Assembly (NCBI GenBank): GCA_009889625.1
Contig: WTZU01000002.1
Location: 12,472 to 76,471 of the forward strand
DNA: 64,000 nt
DNA from: Candidatus Hikarchaeia archaeon HikBin5
GTDB taxonomy: Archaea; Halobacteriota; Halobacteria; Halobacteriales; Hikarchaeaceae
Direction of reading: 5' to 3'
Shown: piece by piece, positions 9,717 to 18,398 of the stretch
Layout of the letters: every line of letters starts with the position of its first letter
Numbering within the stretch: position 1 is the stretch's first letter
Notes under the pieces: model-generated
Seen by the model: only the letters and a program-made list of their open reading frames with translations
The model's database searches: none
Told to the model about the DNA's origin: nothing
Made by a program: the position numbers and the translations under genes

Positions 9717-10319
9717 ATGGCAGATAAATACATACACAAAGAAGAAAGGCTATCCTACAATAAAGGTGAAAAGACTGCTTCATACTATGGTGAGGCAATA
9801 GAAACGTCTAAACAAAACCCCATTGCCCAACATGGAAGTGGGCCTGATAAGAAGGTCATCAAGCCAGAAGAAATGCCTTGGGAATATTCTCAACAGGGAA
9901 TATTGAAACATGTAATAAATGAGAAATTAGCAAAGGAATTGGGTGCTTCTGTGAGAGGGACAGACATATACATGCAAGTCATACCCCCAGGAGGCAGATC
10001 TGGGAAACACCGACATATGAGTGAGGAATTAATTTTTGTGATAGAAGGGGAAGGATATGATCTACATTGGGACCCTACACTGCATGTAGGACAAGATGTT
10101 GCTCATTGGACATATCCAGAAGAAGCACTTAGATTTGATTGGATACCAGAAGATGTCATATATATACCGACAAATACAGTTCATCAACATTTTAATAAAA
10201 GTCAAGAAAAGCCTGCAAGAATTCTATGTTGTCAAAATAGACTTTACAATACACTTGGTTATGGAATGGAAGATCTAGAACAATTTGAAAACTCGCCCGA
10301 ATATGAGGAAAATAATTAA
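9717..10319 (+). CDS. Cupin-domain protein, small subunit of split-cupin pair, copy A (putative metal-dependent dioxygenase-like)
   Basis: Canonical cupin motif 1 GGRSGKHRHMSEELIFVIEGEG and motif 2 IYIPTNTVHQHFN. The ATG lies 1 nt after the upstream stop. It is a paralog of 31904..32587. Confidence 0.75.
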   Translation: MADKYIHKEERLSYNKGEKTASYYGEAIETSKQNPIAQHGSGPDKKVIKPEEMPWEYSQQGILKHVINEKLAKELGASVRGTDIYMQVIPPGGRSGKHRHMSEELIFVIEGEGYDLHWDPTLHVGQDVAHWTYPEEALRFDWIPEDVIYIPTNTVHQHFNKSQEKPARILCCQNRLYNTLGYGMEDLEQFENSPEYEENN

Positions 10320-10681
10320 GATTCGATATAAATTAAATCGTTTTCGATGAGAAGTTTATAGGGCTTTAAGTTCATATCAGGAAAGGATAGGCATTTTCCA
10401 GATGGAATGTGATATTGGAGTTGGTGCCAGGGGCAGCTGACAACTTCTCCTTGGTAATCCCATGTTAAGTTGAAATCATTTTCGCGCTTCCCATAAAGAG
10501 TTCCTTCGTGAATTGCACCGTTGTCACATAGAGGTCCATATTGATGGGGGCAAACATTGGGGATTGCATGGAAATTTCCTTCAATGTTGAACAAGCCTAT
10601 TTCGACCCGCCCTATCCTAACTATTTTATGCCCCCCAATAGGAACATCTTTTGTTTTAGCTACTAGGTGTTTTTTTGCCAT
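10316..10681 (-). CDS. Rieske [2Fe-2S] domain protein (NirD/ferredoxin-like)
   Basis: CPHQYGPLC ... CPWHQLQY Rieske ligand motifs. It starts 5 nt downstream of the amidohydrolase stop. Confidence 0.8.
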   Translation of the reverse strand: MAKKHLVAKTKDVPIGGHKIVRIGRVEIGLFNIEGNFHAIPNVCPHQYGPLCDNGAIHEGTLYGKRENDFNLTWDYQGEVVSCPWHQLQYHIPSGKCLSFPDMNLKPYKLLIENDLIYIES

Positions 10682-10686
10682 GGTGG

Positions 10687-11790
10687 TTAAATACTATAAA
10701 GTTTTTTGGCGTTTAAACCCCAGATATTTTCTTTGGCTTCTTTGGATATGGGCATAGATTGAATTGCACCCGCATCGTCCCAATCATGGTGAGGGATATC
10801 TGTTGCAAATACAGCAGTTTCCTCCCCATTCACTTGTTCGAGGAGAACAGCTAGCTCAGAGGGATTTTCTGGTACTTCAATCGGGTGAGTTCCAATATAA
10901 AATTCATCTATGTACTCAGATGGTCTTTTTTCTAGAAGGGGTGCTTGTTCCCTATGTTGCATGTATTCACGGTCGAGGCGGTACGCAGTCATGGGCATCC
11001 AGGACAGACCAGCTTCAAGAAAAACGAATTTTAGTTCGGGGTAAAGTACAGGGATTCCTTCATTTACTATGTGCATACAGTTTACTACAAGAGATAATTC
11101 ATGGGCGAGTGTGTGTCTTGTCAAATAAGGAAGTTTATGCATATTGAATGGGAATTCGGGGAAATCCACGCCTACGCTATGGAATGCAATTGGTAATGAA
11201 TGCTCAGTTGCTGCTTCCCAAATGGGACGATAGGTGGAATGGCCATATGTTCTATCTAGGCCACCAATTGGTAGAAAAATGGCTTTCATTTGTTTCTCAT
11301 TTGCCACTCTATCAATTTCTTCAGCTGCAGCATGAGGATCGTGTGGAGCTACCGCGATGGCACCTATTAGGGCATCGCTTTGGTCTAGAAATCGGTCGAT
11401 TAAGTAGTCATTGTATGCACTAGCGAAAGCATTGGCATACTCTACGGATTGTAATATGGGGATTTTAAGAGCATTTTCTCCAAAGAGGACTCCAATGTCG
11501 ACATGATATTTTTTTAATTCCCGTTCGGTGTTTTCTCCATTAGTTAAATCGGGACGTTTAGCATGTTTGGATGCAGGAGAATTTCTAAAGATATCCCCCA
11601 ATTTCATTCCAGGCATATAGCCAGGTGTATCACGGTATCGGTAGGATTTCTCATAGCGTCGGACGGCGTCGTCATAAGGAGGTTCAAAATACTTTGCCAT
11701 CAAACCAGGAGGTTCCTCTATATGGACGTCATTATCTACAACGAAGACATCTTCTAGGGGGCTTTTAGAATTGGATTCGGATTTGGCCAT
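10687..11790 (-). CDS. Amidohydrolase-2 (ACMSD/decarboxylase-like) family protein
   Basis: N-terminal VVDNDVHIEEP (DxHxH-type metal site), 367 aa, and a TIM-barrel hydrolase-like pattern with later conserved His/Asp residues (FHSVGV, ATDIPHHD). Confidence 0.7.
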   Translation of the reverse strand: MAKSESNSKSPLEDVFVVDNDVHIEEPPGLMAKYFEPPYDDAVRRYEKSYRYRDTPGYMPGMKLGDIFRNSPASKHAKRPDLTNGENTERELKKYHVDIGVLFGENALKIPILQSVEYANAFASAYNDYLIDRFLDQSDALIGAIAVAPHDPHAAAEEIDRVANEKQMKAIFLPIGGLDRTYGHSTYRPIWEAATEHSLPIAFHSVGVDFPEFPFNMHKLPYLTRHTLAHELSLVVNCMHIVNEGIPVLYPELKFVFLEAGLSWMPMTAYRLDREYMQHREQAPLLEKRPSEYIDEFYIGTHPIEVPENPSELAVLLEQVNGEETAVFATDIPHHDWDDAGAIQSMPISKEAKENIWGLNAKKLYSI

Positions 11791-11873
11791 GGGAATATAG
11801 TTACATAAGAATTTGAGGTATAAATAAATTCTCTAAGGTGTCAGAAATGATTTACAGAGGTCGTTAGATGAGA

Positions 11874-12449
11874 TTAATTTGAGAGTAGATCAGATACTAG
11901 AACTAGTGCATTTTCTCCATCTGCGTAATAACCCGGTGAAGAGTGATGGAATGAAAACCCAAATTTTTTGTAAAGTGATATTGCGGTTGTATTTCCTTCT
12001 CTGACTTCGAGTTTTACTTTCTTGATTTCTCTTAATCTAAAATCGTGTAAAATTCGGGATAGTAGAAAAGTTCCAACTCCTTTTTTGCGCCAATGGGGAG
12101 ATACAGCCAAATCTTTTATATGTCCAAGGGGAAGATTATCTTCCAAAATTACATCTGCGATTATGAATCCAATTGGAGAAGGGTGGGTGTTAGATATAGG
12201 TAAAATATCCCCCACTGATGAATTTTCAGAAGGAGTAGTGGCCACTAAAAATCCAGGCGTTTCAAGGAAATGATTGAAAATATCAAAAGTCCAAGGAGAA
12301 GGACATGAAAGGCGTTCTATTTGAAGTATTTCAAGTAAATCTTCTTGTCTTGCATGCCGGATGGAGATTTGAGTATTGGCAATGTTATGGGAAGTAGATC
12401 CATGGGATATTGAATCTGCGATCAGAGGGGCTATGAAATCCTCCACCAT
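11874..12449 (-). CDS. GNAT family N-acetyltransferase (RimI-like)
   Basis: Acetyl-CoA motif IKDLAVSPHWRKKGVGTFLLSRIL. I prefer the start at the internal ATG 12449 (MVEDF...), because the ORF maximum (12527) would abut the dut start codon. Confidence 0.7.
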   Translation of the reverse strand: MVEDFIAPLIADSISHGSTSHNIANTQISIRHARQEDLLEILQIERLSCPSPWTFDIFNHFLETPGFLVATTPSENSSVGDILPISNTHPSPIGFIIADVILEDNLPLGHIKDLAVSPHWRKKGVGTFLLSRILHDFRLREIKKVKLEVREGNTTAISLYKKFGFSFHHSSPGYYADGENALVLVSDLLSN

Positions 12450-12525
12450 AGTCTCACAGAGTGTTTGTTTGCATGTGATAAAAAAGAAGTGGTATGGAGA
12501 AATTGAGTTCGGCAGGGTTATTTCC

Positions 12526-13008
12526 ATGGCGTCGAACCGAAATCACATGTTTGAATCGGGTGAATTTGTTTCGAAGAATGTAGAACCAATTGCAGACGTC
12601 CAGATACAACCAAATGGTGTTGATCTTACTCTTTGTTGTGTATTTATCCAGACAGGAAAGGGGCGCATAGAGAAAGGAGGGAAAGAAATTGGAGATCGTG
12701 AAGAAGTAGAAGCCAAGAATGGCAAGTATAAATTAAAACCAGGAGGGTACATAATCAGATATTTTGAAACTGTGAGTATTCCGGAAGGGAATGTTGGATT
12801 TATCTACCCACGTTCTTCGATGCTTCGGAATTCATGCATGGTTAATACGGCAGTATGGGATTCAGGATATAAAGGAAAGGGAGAGAGCTTTTTGCAAGTT
12901 TACAGAGAAATTGAGATAGAAAAAGGAGCCAGAGTTGCACAAATAATTTTTGCCCGCGGGGAAAATTCGGGCGTATATGCAGGAGGATATCAAGGAGAAA
13001 ATTTATAA
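12526..13008 (+). CDS. dut: dUTP diphosphatase, archaeal DCD/DUT family
   Basis: About 160 aa from the ATG at 12526. QPNGVDLTL and IYPRSSMLRNSCMVNTAVWDSGYKGKG match the dCTP deaminase/dUTPase fold, and the short length fits Dut. Confidence 0.75.
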   Translation: MASNRNHMFESGEFVSKNVEPIADVQIQPNGVDLTLCCVFIQTGKGRIEKGGKEIGDREEVEAKNGKYKLKPGGYIIRYFETVSIPEGNVGFIYPRSSMLRNSCMVNTAVWDSGYKGKGESFLQVYREIEIEKGARVAQIIFARGENSGVYAGGYQGENL

Positions 13009-15417
13009 TTCCGTCAATCCAGCTTCGACGAGGCGAGGGAGGACATGCCGGGGGGTCAATGGACCCTCGAAAAATCGAATTCCTGTTGCGTCATAAACCG
13101 CGTTTGCAACCGCTGCCGGAACAGGGACAGTAGAACATTCACCAGCTCCCTTTTGGCCATGGGAAGTGGAGGGATCTGGATTCTCAAGCTCGTCTATCTT
13201 AGTGATCATAGGAACGTCTGCAGCAGTGGGGAGGTGATAATCAACCAGAGATCCGTTTTCTAGGTTCCCACTTGAATCATATACCATTTCCTCAAGTAAT
13301 ATTTCACCTAGTCCGTGTATAATCCCACCTTGAGTTTGTCCTTCCAGAAGTTTTGGATTGATCAATTTTCCGACATCTTCACATATTGCTGCATCAACTA
13401 CTTGGACTACACCAGTTCCGGGATCAATCTCCACAATGACCCCAAATGCCCCAAATGTATATCCATGGGATATATTTCCGGTTCCGGTTTCAGGGTCTAA
13501 AAATTCTGCCTCGAGTGTTTCAAACTTGGCTGCACCTACCAGAGACACACCTTTTCTGAAAATTTTTGGACGGTCTTCTGGGTCGCCAAATGTAGCTTTG
13601 TGTGCTAGTTCTTTCATAGTCATTCCATTTTCTGGATTTCCTTTTTCGTGAATTAATCCATTCACGATTTCTACATCTTCATCGTTTATTTTTAAGAGCC
13701 ATGCAGAAAGTGAAACGATGGTTTGTTTTAAATTTTCTGCGGCCATTGCAGCTGAAGTTCCACCCATAATAGTTCCCCTATCCGCCCAGACCCCCATATC
13801 ATCTGGAGTTATATCAGAATCCCCTATAACAGGAGTTACATCTTCTGTAGAGATTCCAAGGACGTCGGCAACGATCTGGCAAAGTGCAGTTTCTGTCCCT
13901 TGTCCTATACTGCAAATGCCAGAAAAGACGGTGACTTGCCCATAATGGTTCATCTGAACTATCGCTGAGGAATAATCAGCCCCTTTTGCACTTTTATTTC
14001 CCGCACGTTTCATAATTGTTGCCATGCCAATTCCGCGAAGTTTACCATCATTGCGTTTGGCATTATTACGTTCTTTATCCCATTCGAGACGGTCGCTGAC
14101 TATCCGGAGACACTCTGGCATGTCAGAATTTACCCATTTGAGACCAGAAGGTGTTCGGAGAGGCATGTCTTCTATTTTAGGAACGTTTTTGAGTCGGAGC
14201 TCGACAGGATCCATCCCCAATTCTTCGGCAGCCATGTCAACTAGTTGTTCTCGAACATAAGTGAATTGTGGATCGCCATACCCCCTTACTGCAGATCCTG
14301 GCATTACGTTGGTATACACGACAGATCCTTTGATGCGTTGATTGGGGATAGGGTAAGGACCAGAACAGGTAGCCATCGCGGAAAATGCTATTGTTTTTCC
14401 GAAGCTCCCATATGCACCGGTGTTTTGGAACATTTCGATGTCCATTCCAACGATGGTACCATCTTTTTTCAAACCTAATTTTGCATCGAATGTCTCAGGA
14501 TGTCTGCCCCGACCTGCTTTTAATTCTTCTATCCTATCGAGAACTATGTTAATTGGTTTTCCAGTCTCCATGGCGAGTACTGACGCACATATTTCATGAG
14601 AAAATAGCTCTAGTTTGACGCCGAAGCCACCTCCAATGTCTGGCATTTTACAGACTACCTGCTCTACTTCTAGACCGAAAATGGTGTCGGCAACATACTT
14701 CCTCAATAGATGTGGCACTTGATTTGAAGACCACAGGGTTAATTTGGGAGCAGCTCGGTCATAATGGGCAACGCAACCGTGGGGCTCTAGGGGAGAGGGA
14801 TTTGTTTTGTGTGTTTTGAAAGATCCTTCCACGATTAGATCTGCTTCTGATAAAGGGTCCTCGTAATTGCCGACGTGAACGTGGCATGTATTTAGCAGAT
14901 TTCCTTTGACTTCGCAAACGGGGTCATCACTTAAAGTGGGGTGGAGAACAGGAGCACCTTCGGCCAATGCATCTTTAATAGTAACAACCGCAGGTAGTTT
15001 TTCATATTCGACATGGACTAAATCTGCTGCTTCGATGGCTATATTTTTAGTTTTTGCCAATACAATGGCAACTTCATCTCCGACGTAACGGACTTTATCG
15101 GATGCTAGAGCCTCTTCATCGGGGCGGGTTAGACTAGGATGGCCGAATGGTTTTACATATGGATCAATATCCTCAGCAGTCCAAACCAACTCAACTCCTG
15201 GGAATGCTTTTGCCTCACTTGTATCGATTGAAATTATCCGTGCGTGGGCATGTGGGCTTCTTACAAATCTTGCATATAGCATCCCAGGGAGATGGAGATC
15301 GTCGATGAATTGTCCTTGTCCTGTGACTAATTTTTTCCCTAGTTTGCTATTGACACGTTTCCCTATCTCACGGCTTTTGAGAATTTCTTCATTGGATAAT
15401 ATGGCTTGGCTACTCAT
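13003..15417 (-). CDS. Molybdopterin-dependent hydroxylase large subunit (xanthine dehydrogenase/aldehyde oxidase/CoxL family)
   Basis: 804 aa. It has an a/b-hammerhead N-terminus (LPGMLYARFVRSPHAHARI), SAVRGYGDPQF, and C-terminal molybdopterin-binding domains. Confidence 0.85.
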   Translation of the reverse strand: MSSQAILSNEEILKSREIGKRVNSKLGKKLVTGQGQFIDDLHLPGMLYARFVRSPHAHARIISIDTSEAKAFPGVELVWTAEDIDPYVKPFGHPSLTRPDEEALASDKVRYVGDEVAIVLAKTKNIAIEAADLVHVEYEKLPAVVTIKDALAEGAPVLHPTLSDDPVCEVKGNLLNTCHVHVGNYEDPLSEADLIVEGSFKTHKTNPSPLEPHGCVAHYDRAAPKLTLWSSNQVPHLLRKYVADTIFGLEVEQVVCKMPDIGGGFGVKLELFSHEICASVLAMETGKPINIVLDRIEELKAGRGRHPETFDAKLGLKKDGTIVGMDIEMFQNTGAYGSFGKTIAFSAMATCSGPYPIPNQRIKGSVVYTNVMPGSAVRGYGDPQFTYVREQLVDMAAEELGMDPVELRLKNVPKIEDMPLRTPSGLKWVNSDMPECLRIVSDRLEWDKERNNAKRNDGKLRGIGMATIMKRAGNKSAKGADYSSAIVQMNHYGQVTVFSGICSIGQGTETALCQIVADVLGISTEDVTPVIGDSDITPDDMGVWADRGTIMGGTSAAMAAENLKQTIVSLSAWLLKINDEDVEIVNGLIHEKGNPENGMTMKELAHKATFGDPEDRPKIFRKGVSLVGAAKFETLEAEFLDPETGTGNISHGYTFGAFGVIVEIDPGTGVVQVVDAAICEDVGKLINPKLLEGQTQGGIIHGLGEILLEEMVYDSSGNLENGSLVDYHLPTAADVPMITKIDELENPDPSTSHGQKGAGECSTVPVPAAVANAVYDATGIRFFEGPLTPRHVLPRLVEAGLTEL

Positions 15418-15534
15418 ATAATACTTCTAATGAATTTTGTGTTTTACGGGTATATGTCTGTTACGCAGTTGGGCAGATATTTGAGCATGGAAAAATGGAT
15501 GATTTTTAGAGAGGGTTGCGATAACAAATTTCAA

Positions 15535-15780
15535 TTACCAAACTTTACATTTTTCACATACATATTGGGTTTCTTCAAGCCAATAGTGTGGAGAATGGGA
15601 ACCACAATTGGTGCAGGTAATCCCGGGTTGAGAGGCTGCATAGACAATAGTAAATAAGGGTTCAGATGAATCCTCGAATGTCTCAGAAGGCGCATCTATG
15701 GAAAGGAGAGGGTCTGACTCTATAGTAGGCGCGGGAGAGTGTGGCTTTTGGAAATCGTCCAAAGATCGGTTGACTGGCAT
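15535..15780 (-). CDS. Small zinc-ribbon protein (hypothetical)
   Basis: C-terminal CTNCG...x17...CEKCK double CxxC. The start is placed at the internal ATG 15780 to avoid overlap with the upstream gene. Confidence 0.35.
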   Translation of the reverse strand: MPVNRSLDDFQKPHSPAPTIESDPLLSIDAPSETFEDSSEPLFTIVYAASQPGITCTNCGSHSPHYWLEETQYVCEKCKVW

Positions 15781-15820
15781 TAACAGGTAATTGATTATAA
15801 GAAGATATAACGTAAAGGTA

Positions 15821-16804
15821 TTACTCCAAGATAGATCCAATTGTGGAAATTGCAAACTCGGGGTCGGGGCCAAGGGGATAACCAACTACAATACTACCAG
15901 TATGTTGGTATATTTCTTCAATTTTTAAAGACACAGTATCCGGAGTTCCAGAAATGCTAAAAGTATTGATCATGTTGTCAGTTACTTTGTCAAAAGCTTG
16001 TTGGAGACTTCCTTTTTTAATTAGATTTTGAATAGAATCTGCAATTGAAAGATCAATGTCATGAGATTGCAAGAGTTTTGAAGATGCACCCGCCACTATA
16101 AAAGCCACAGAGGGACGTGATGCATTTTTTGCCTTATGCGCATCAAGATCGACGCTGATACAGGTATGTGCAGAAAAATCAAAAGTGCCAGGTTTTCTTT
16201 CAGAAAGGGCTATGCAATCATTAGCATATTCCATTGCAATAGATAAATCTTGGAAATGTGCATTGTTGAAAAGAGTCCCATCTGCAATCTCTGTACTTAG
16301 TTTCAAGATATTATTTCCCTGGGTTCCAATGTAAATTGGGAGATGTCCAATGGTGAAATTTAGGCGTGCATTATGAGTAGTTAGATTTGTAAGAGGGCCT
16401 TCATAATTTACTTGTTCCCCACCCCAAAGGGATCGGAGAAGTTCAATTGTTTTGGAGAGATGTAGAAGAGTCTGAGTATGTTTAAGTCCAAAGTGAGAGA
16501 GGGTGGATCTGTCCCCTGCTCCAATGCCAAGAATCGCCCTGCCATCACTTAATTCCCATAGGGTTGCCATCTGAGAAGCTAATGTTAATGGATGAGTAGT
16601 ATAAGGATTCATTATTCCCGGCCCAATTCTTATTGAGTCTGTGGAATTTGCTATGTGAGCTAGTGTAAGGAGAGAATCTCTGTTGTTATAGTGACAGCTC
16701 GTAAAAATCGTGTCAAAGCCAGAAGATTCTGCAATTTCAGAAAGTTTTTTGATTTTCTGAGGAGGCAGGTCGGGGGTCAATTCAATTGCTTTCAAGAATT
16801 CCAC
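15821..16804 (-). CDS. F420-dependent LLM-class oxidoreductase (methylene-H4MPT reductase-like)
   Basis: 327 aa, luciferase-like TIM-barrel pattern (GFDTIFTSCHYN, LGIGAGD). It overlaps the cofE 3' end by 13 nt. Confidence 0.7.
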   Translation of the reverse strand: MEFLKAIELTPDLPPQKIKKLSEIAESSGFDTIFTSCHYNNRDSLLTLAHIANSTDSIRIGPGIMNPYTTHPLTLASQMATLWELSDGRAILGIGAGDRSTLSHFGLKHTQTLLHLSKTIELLRSLWGGEQVNYEGPLTNLTTHNARLNFTIGHLPIYIGTQGNNILKLSTEIADGTLFNNAHFQDLSIAMEYANDCIALSERKPGTFDFSAHTCISVDLDAHKAKNASRPSVAFIVAGASSKLLQSHDIDLSIADSIQNLIKKGSLQQAFDKVTDNMINTFSISGTPDTVSLKIEEIYQHTGSIVVGYPLGPDPEFAISTIGSILE

Positions 16805-17544
16805 CTACGTAGTGTTTTTCGAATTACATCGTCTTCGGGTTTTCGGAATAAGTCTATATTTTCAGGGAAGGGGCCAAATTCCCATCCTCGTATGACGACA
16901 ACGGGAGTTCCACCGTTTCCTTCTCCCATTAATAAATTTGCTGCAGAAGCTAGTTCGTCTACAATACACTCTAGAGTGACTTCCAATTCATATCCTTGTA
17001 AGTCATAGGTTCCCCTCCAGTCTCGATGGGCAGAGATTCCTGCCCAACCAATAGCAACTCCGACTTGGCCATATCGAAATGGCCTGCCACAAGTATCAGT
17101 GATTATCACAGAAACATTGGGTGAAAATTGTTTTTTTAATTCTAATGCACTATTAGAAGGATTAATAGGTAGCAAGAGGAGATCATGAGAACCAGTATTA
17201 GATCTATCTATGCCAGCGTTTACGCAGATATGACCGAAATGGGTCTTGCATAGAAGGAAGGGTTTATCAAGAAGAATTTCTGAGCTTTCGTCGAGAACGG
17301 CTTGTGCAAATCTAGGATCTTTGGGTTTTCCCGTGAGCGACTCAAGAGAACTAGCTATAGAATTTGCGCGAGGGGATGGTGAGAAATCAGAGAGGTTTGC
17401 GGCTCTTCCTTCCGATTTAGATACGATAGTACTAGCTATAAGGATGACATCACCTTCAATTAATTCTATATTTTTTTCGACGTGATGGGGTATGTTATCA
17501 CCAGGTTGGATCTCAGGTATACCATCAACAGCGAAGATTTCCAT
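16792..17544 (-). CDS. cofE: Coenzyme F420-0:L-glutamate ligase
   Basis: VILIASTIVSKSEGR and DTCGRPFRYGQVGVAIG motifs of CofE. I prefer the ATG at 17544 (MEIFAVDG), which has an A/T box about 27 nt upstream. Confidence 0.8.
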   Translation of the reverse strand: MEIFAVDGIPEIQPGDNIPHHVEKNIELIEGDVILIASTIVSKSEGRAANLSDFSPSPRANSIASSLESLTGKPKDPRFAQAVLDESSEILLDKPFLLCKTHFGHICVNAGIDRSNTGSHDLLLLPINPSNSALELKKQFSPNVSVIITDTCGRPFRYGQVGVAIGWAGISAHRDWRGTYDLQGYELEVTLECIVDELASAANLLMGEGNGGTPVVVIRGWEFGPFPENIDLFRKPEDDVIRKTLRRWNS

Positions 17545-17568
17545 AGTGAGATGTGGTTCTGCAAAGAC

Positions 17569-17580
17569 ATAAATTAAAAT
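17569..17580 (-). promoter_or_regulatory. Putative TATA box for a leaderless cofE transcript
   Basis: The minus strand reads TTTTAATTTA about 25-35 nt upstream of the ATG at 17544, consistent with archaeal TATA-to-start spacing for leaderless mRNAs. Confidence 0.3.
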
Positions 17581-17721
17581 GATGGTGCATAGAAAAGAAA
17601 AAGTAAATTTCAAGTAGGAATTAGTGAACGTCGGTGGTTATGACGAAGGTTACCCCCACTAAGCTCAGTGTGGCGAAACTAATTTACCGAGCCACCAATT
17701 AATTATGATAAAAAGAAGATG

Positions 17722-18342
17722 CTATTTAAAAAATTGTAGAAGGTCATCTCTTTTGGATTCGTGTAAAAGATTTTGCAAGATGGAAATCATTGGAGAAATT
17801 TCACCTTTTTTTGCATTGATAGGAGCGATAACATCGGACCATTGTTTCCAAGGAGGGGGCAGGCCAAAACTATGGGATATATCATCCAAAGTGGCATCTA
17901 AATTAGTTATTTTATCTATTTTATTTATTGCTATAATGACTGGAAGTTCCAAATCGATTAAAAAATTATAAAAATCTATGTCATGGGGTAGATCTCCACG
18001 TGAGAAATGACGTTTTATTATTTCCATTGCGCTATTCCCATCGATGACCAAAATTGCTGCCATGATAGAATTTGAATTGGACTCTACATACTGAACTATA
18101 TCTGTTTTTATGGTTTCACGGTATGTAGTTTCCACCCCAGACATAAATCCAAATCCTGGCAAATCAGTGAGCAAAAAATTGTATTTTGGAGAATCGTAAA
18201 AATTTGGTTTTCTAGTGACTCCCGGCTTTTTTCCGGTTTTGAAGGAACGTCCTGTAATCCTCCTCATCAGAGTGGATTTTCCCACATTAGATCTACCAAC
18301 AAGGATAATTTCAGAATCCCTGTTAGGACGTCCCTGGAACAT
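17722..18342 (-). CDS. engB: Ribosome biogenesis GTPase EngB (YihA/YsxC)
   Basis: G1 motif GRSNVGKSTLM, G3 motif DLPGFG, G4 motif NKIDK. Confidence 0.8.
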   Translation of the reverse strand: MFQGRPNRDSEIILVGRSNVGKSTLMRRITGRSFKTGKKPGVTRKPNFYDSPKYNFLLTDLPGFGFMSGVETTYRETIKTDIVQYVESNSNSIMAAILVIDGNSAMEIIKRHFSRGDLPHDIDFYNFLIDLELPVIIAINKIDKITNLDATLDDISHSFGLPPPWKQWSDVIAPINAKKGEISPMISILQNLLHESKRDDLLQFFK

Positions 18343-18398
18343 ACTATTATATGATTCTATCCCTATTGTTAAGAATACCCTGGTTCATAGCAATAGAA

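Noticed and set aside
13045-15088. A series of plus-strand ORFs (60-97 aa) antisense to the molybdenum hydroxylase gene.
   Set aside because: These are the same kind of shadow ORFs. The minus-strand 804-aa ORF has clear family motifs.
17545-17721. A possible small RNA in the engB-cofE spacer: GGTGG...CCACC terminal pairing around a segment of about 60 nt, with a C-box-like TGACGA.
   Set aside because: I found no convincing C/D or H/ACA box set, no T-loop and only short stems. The region is better explained as the cofE promoter or leader. A covariance-model scan would be needed to revive the idea.
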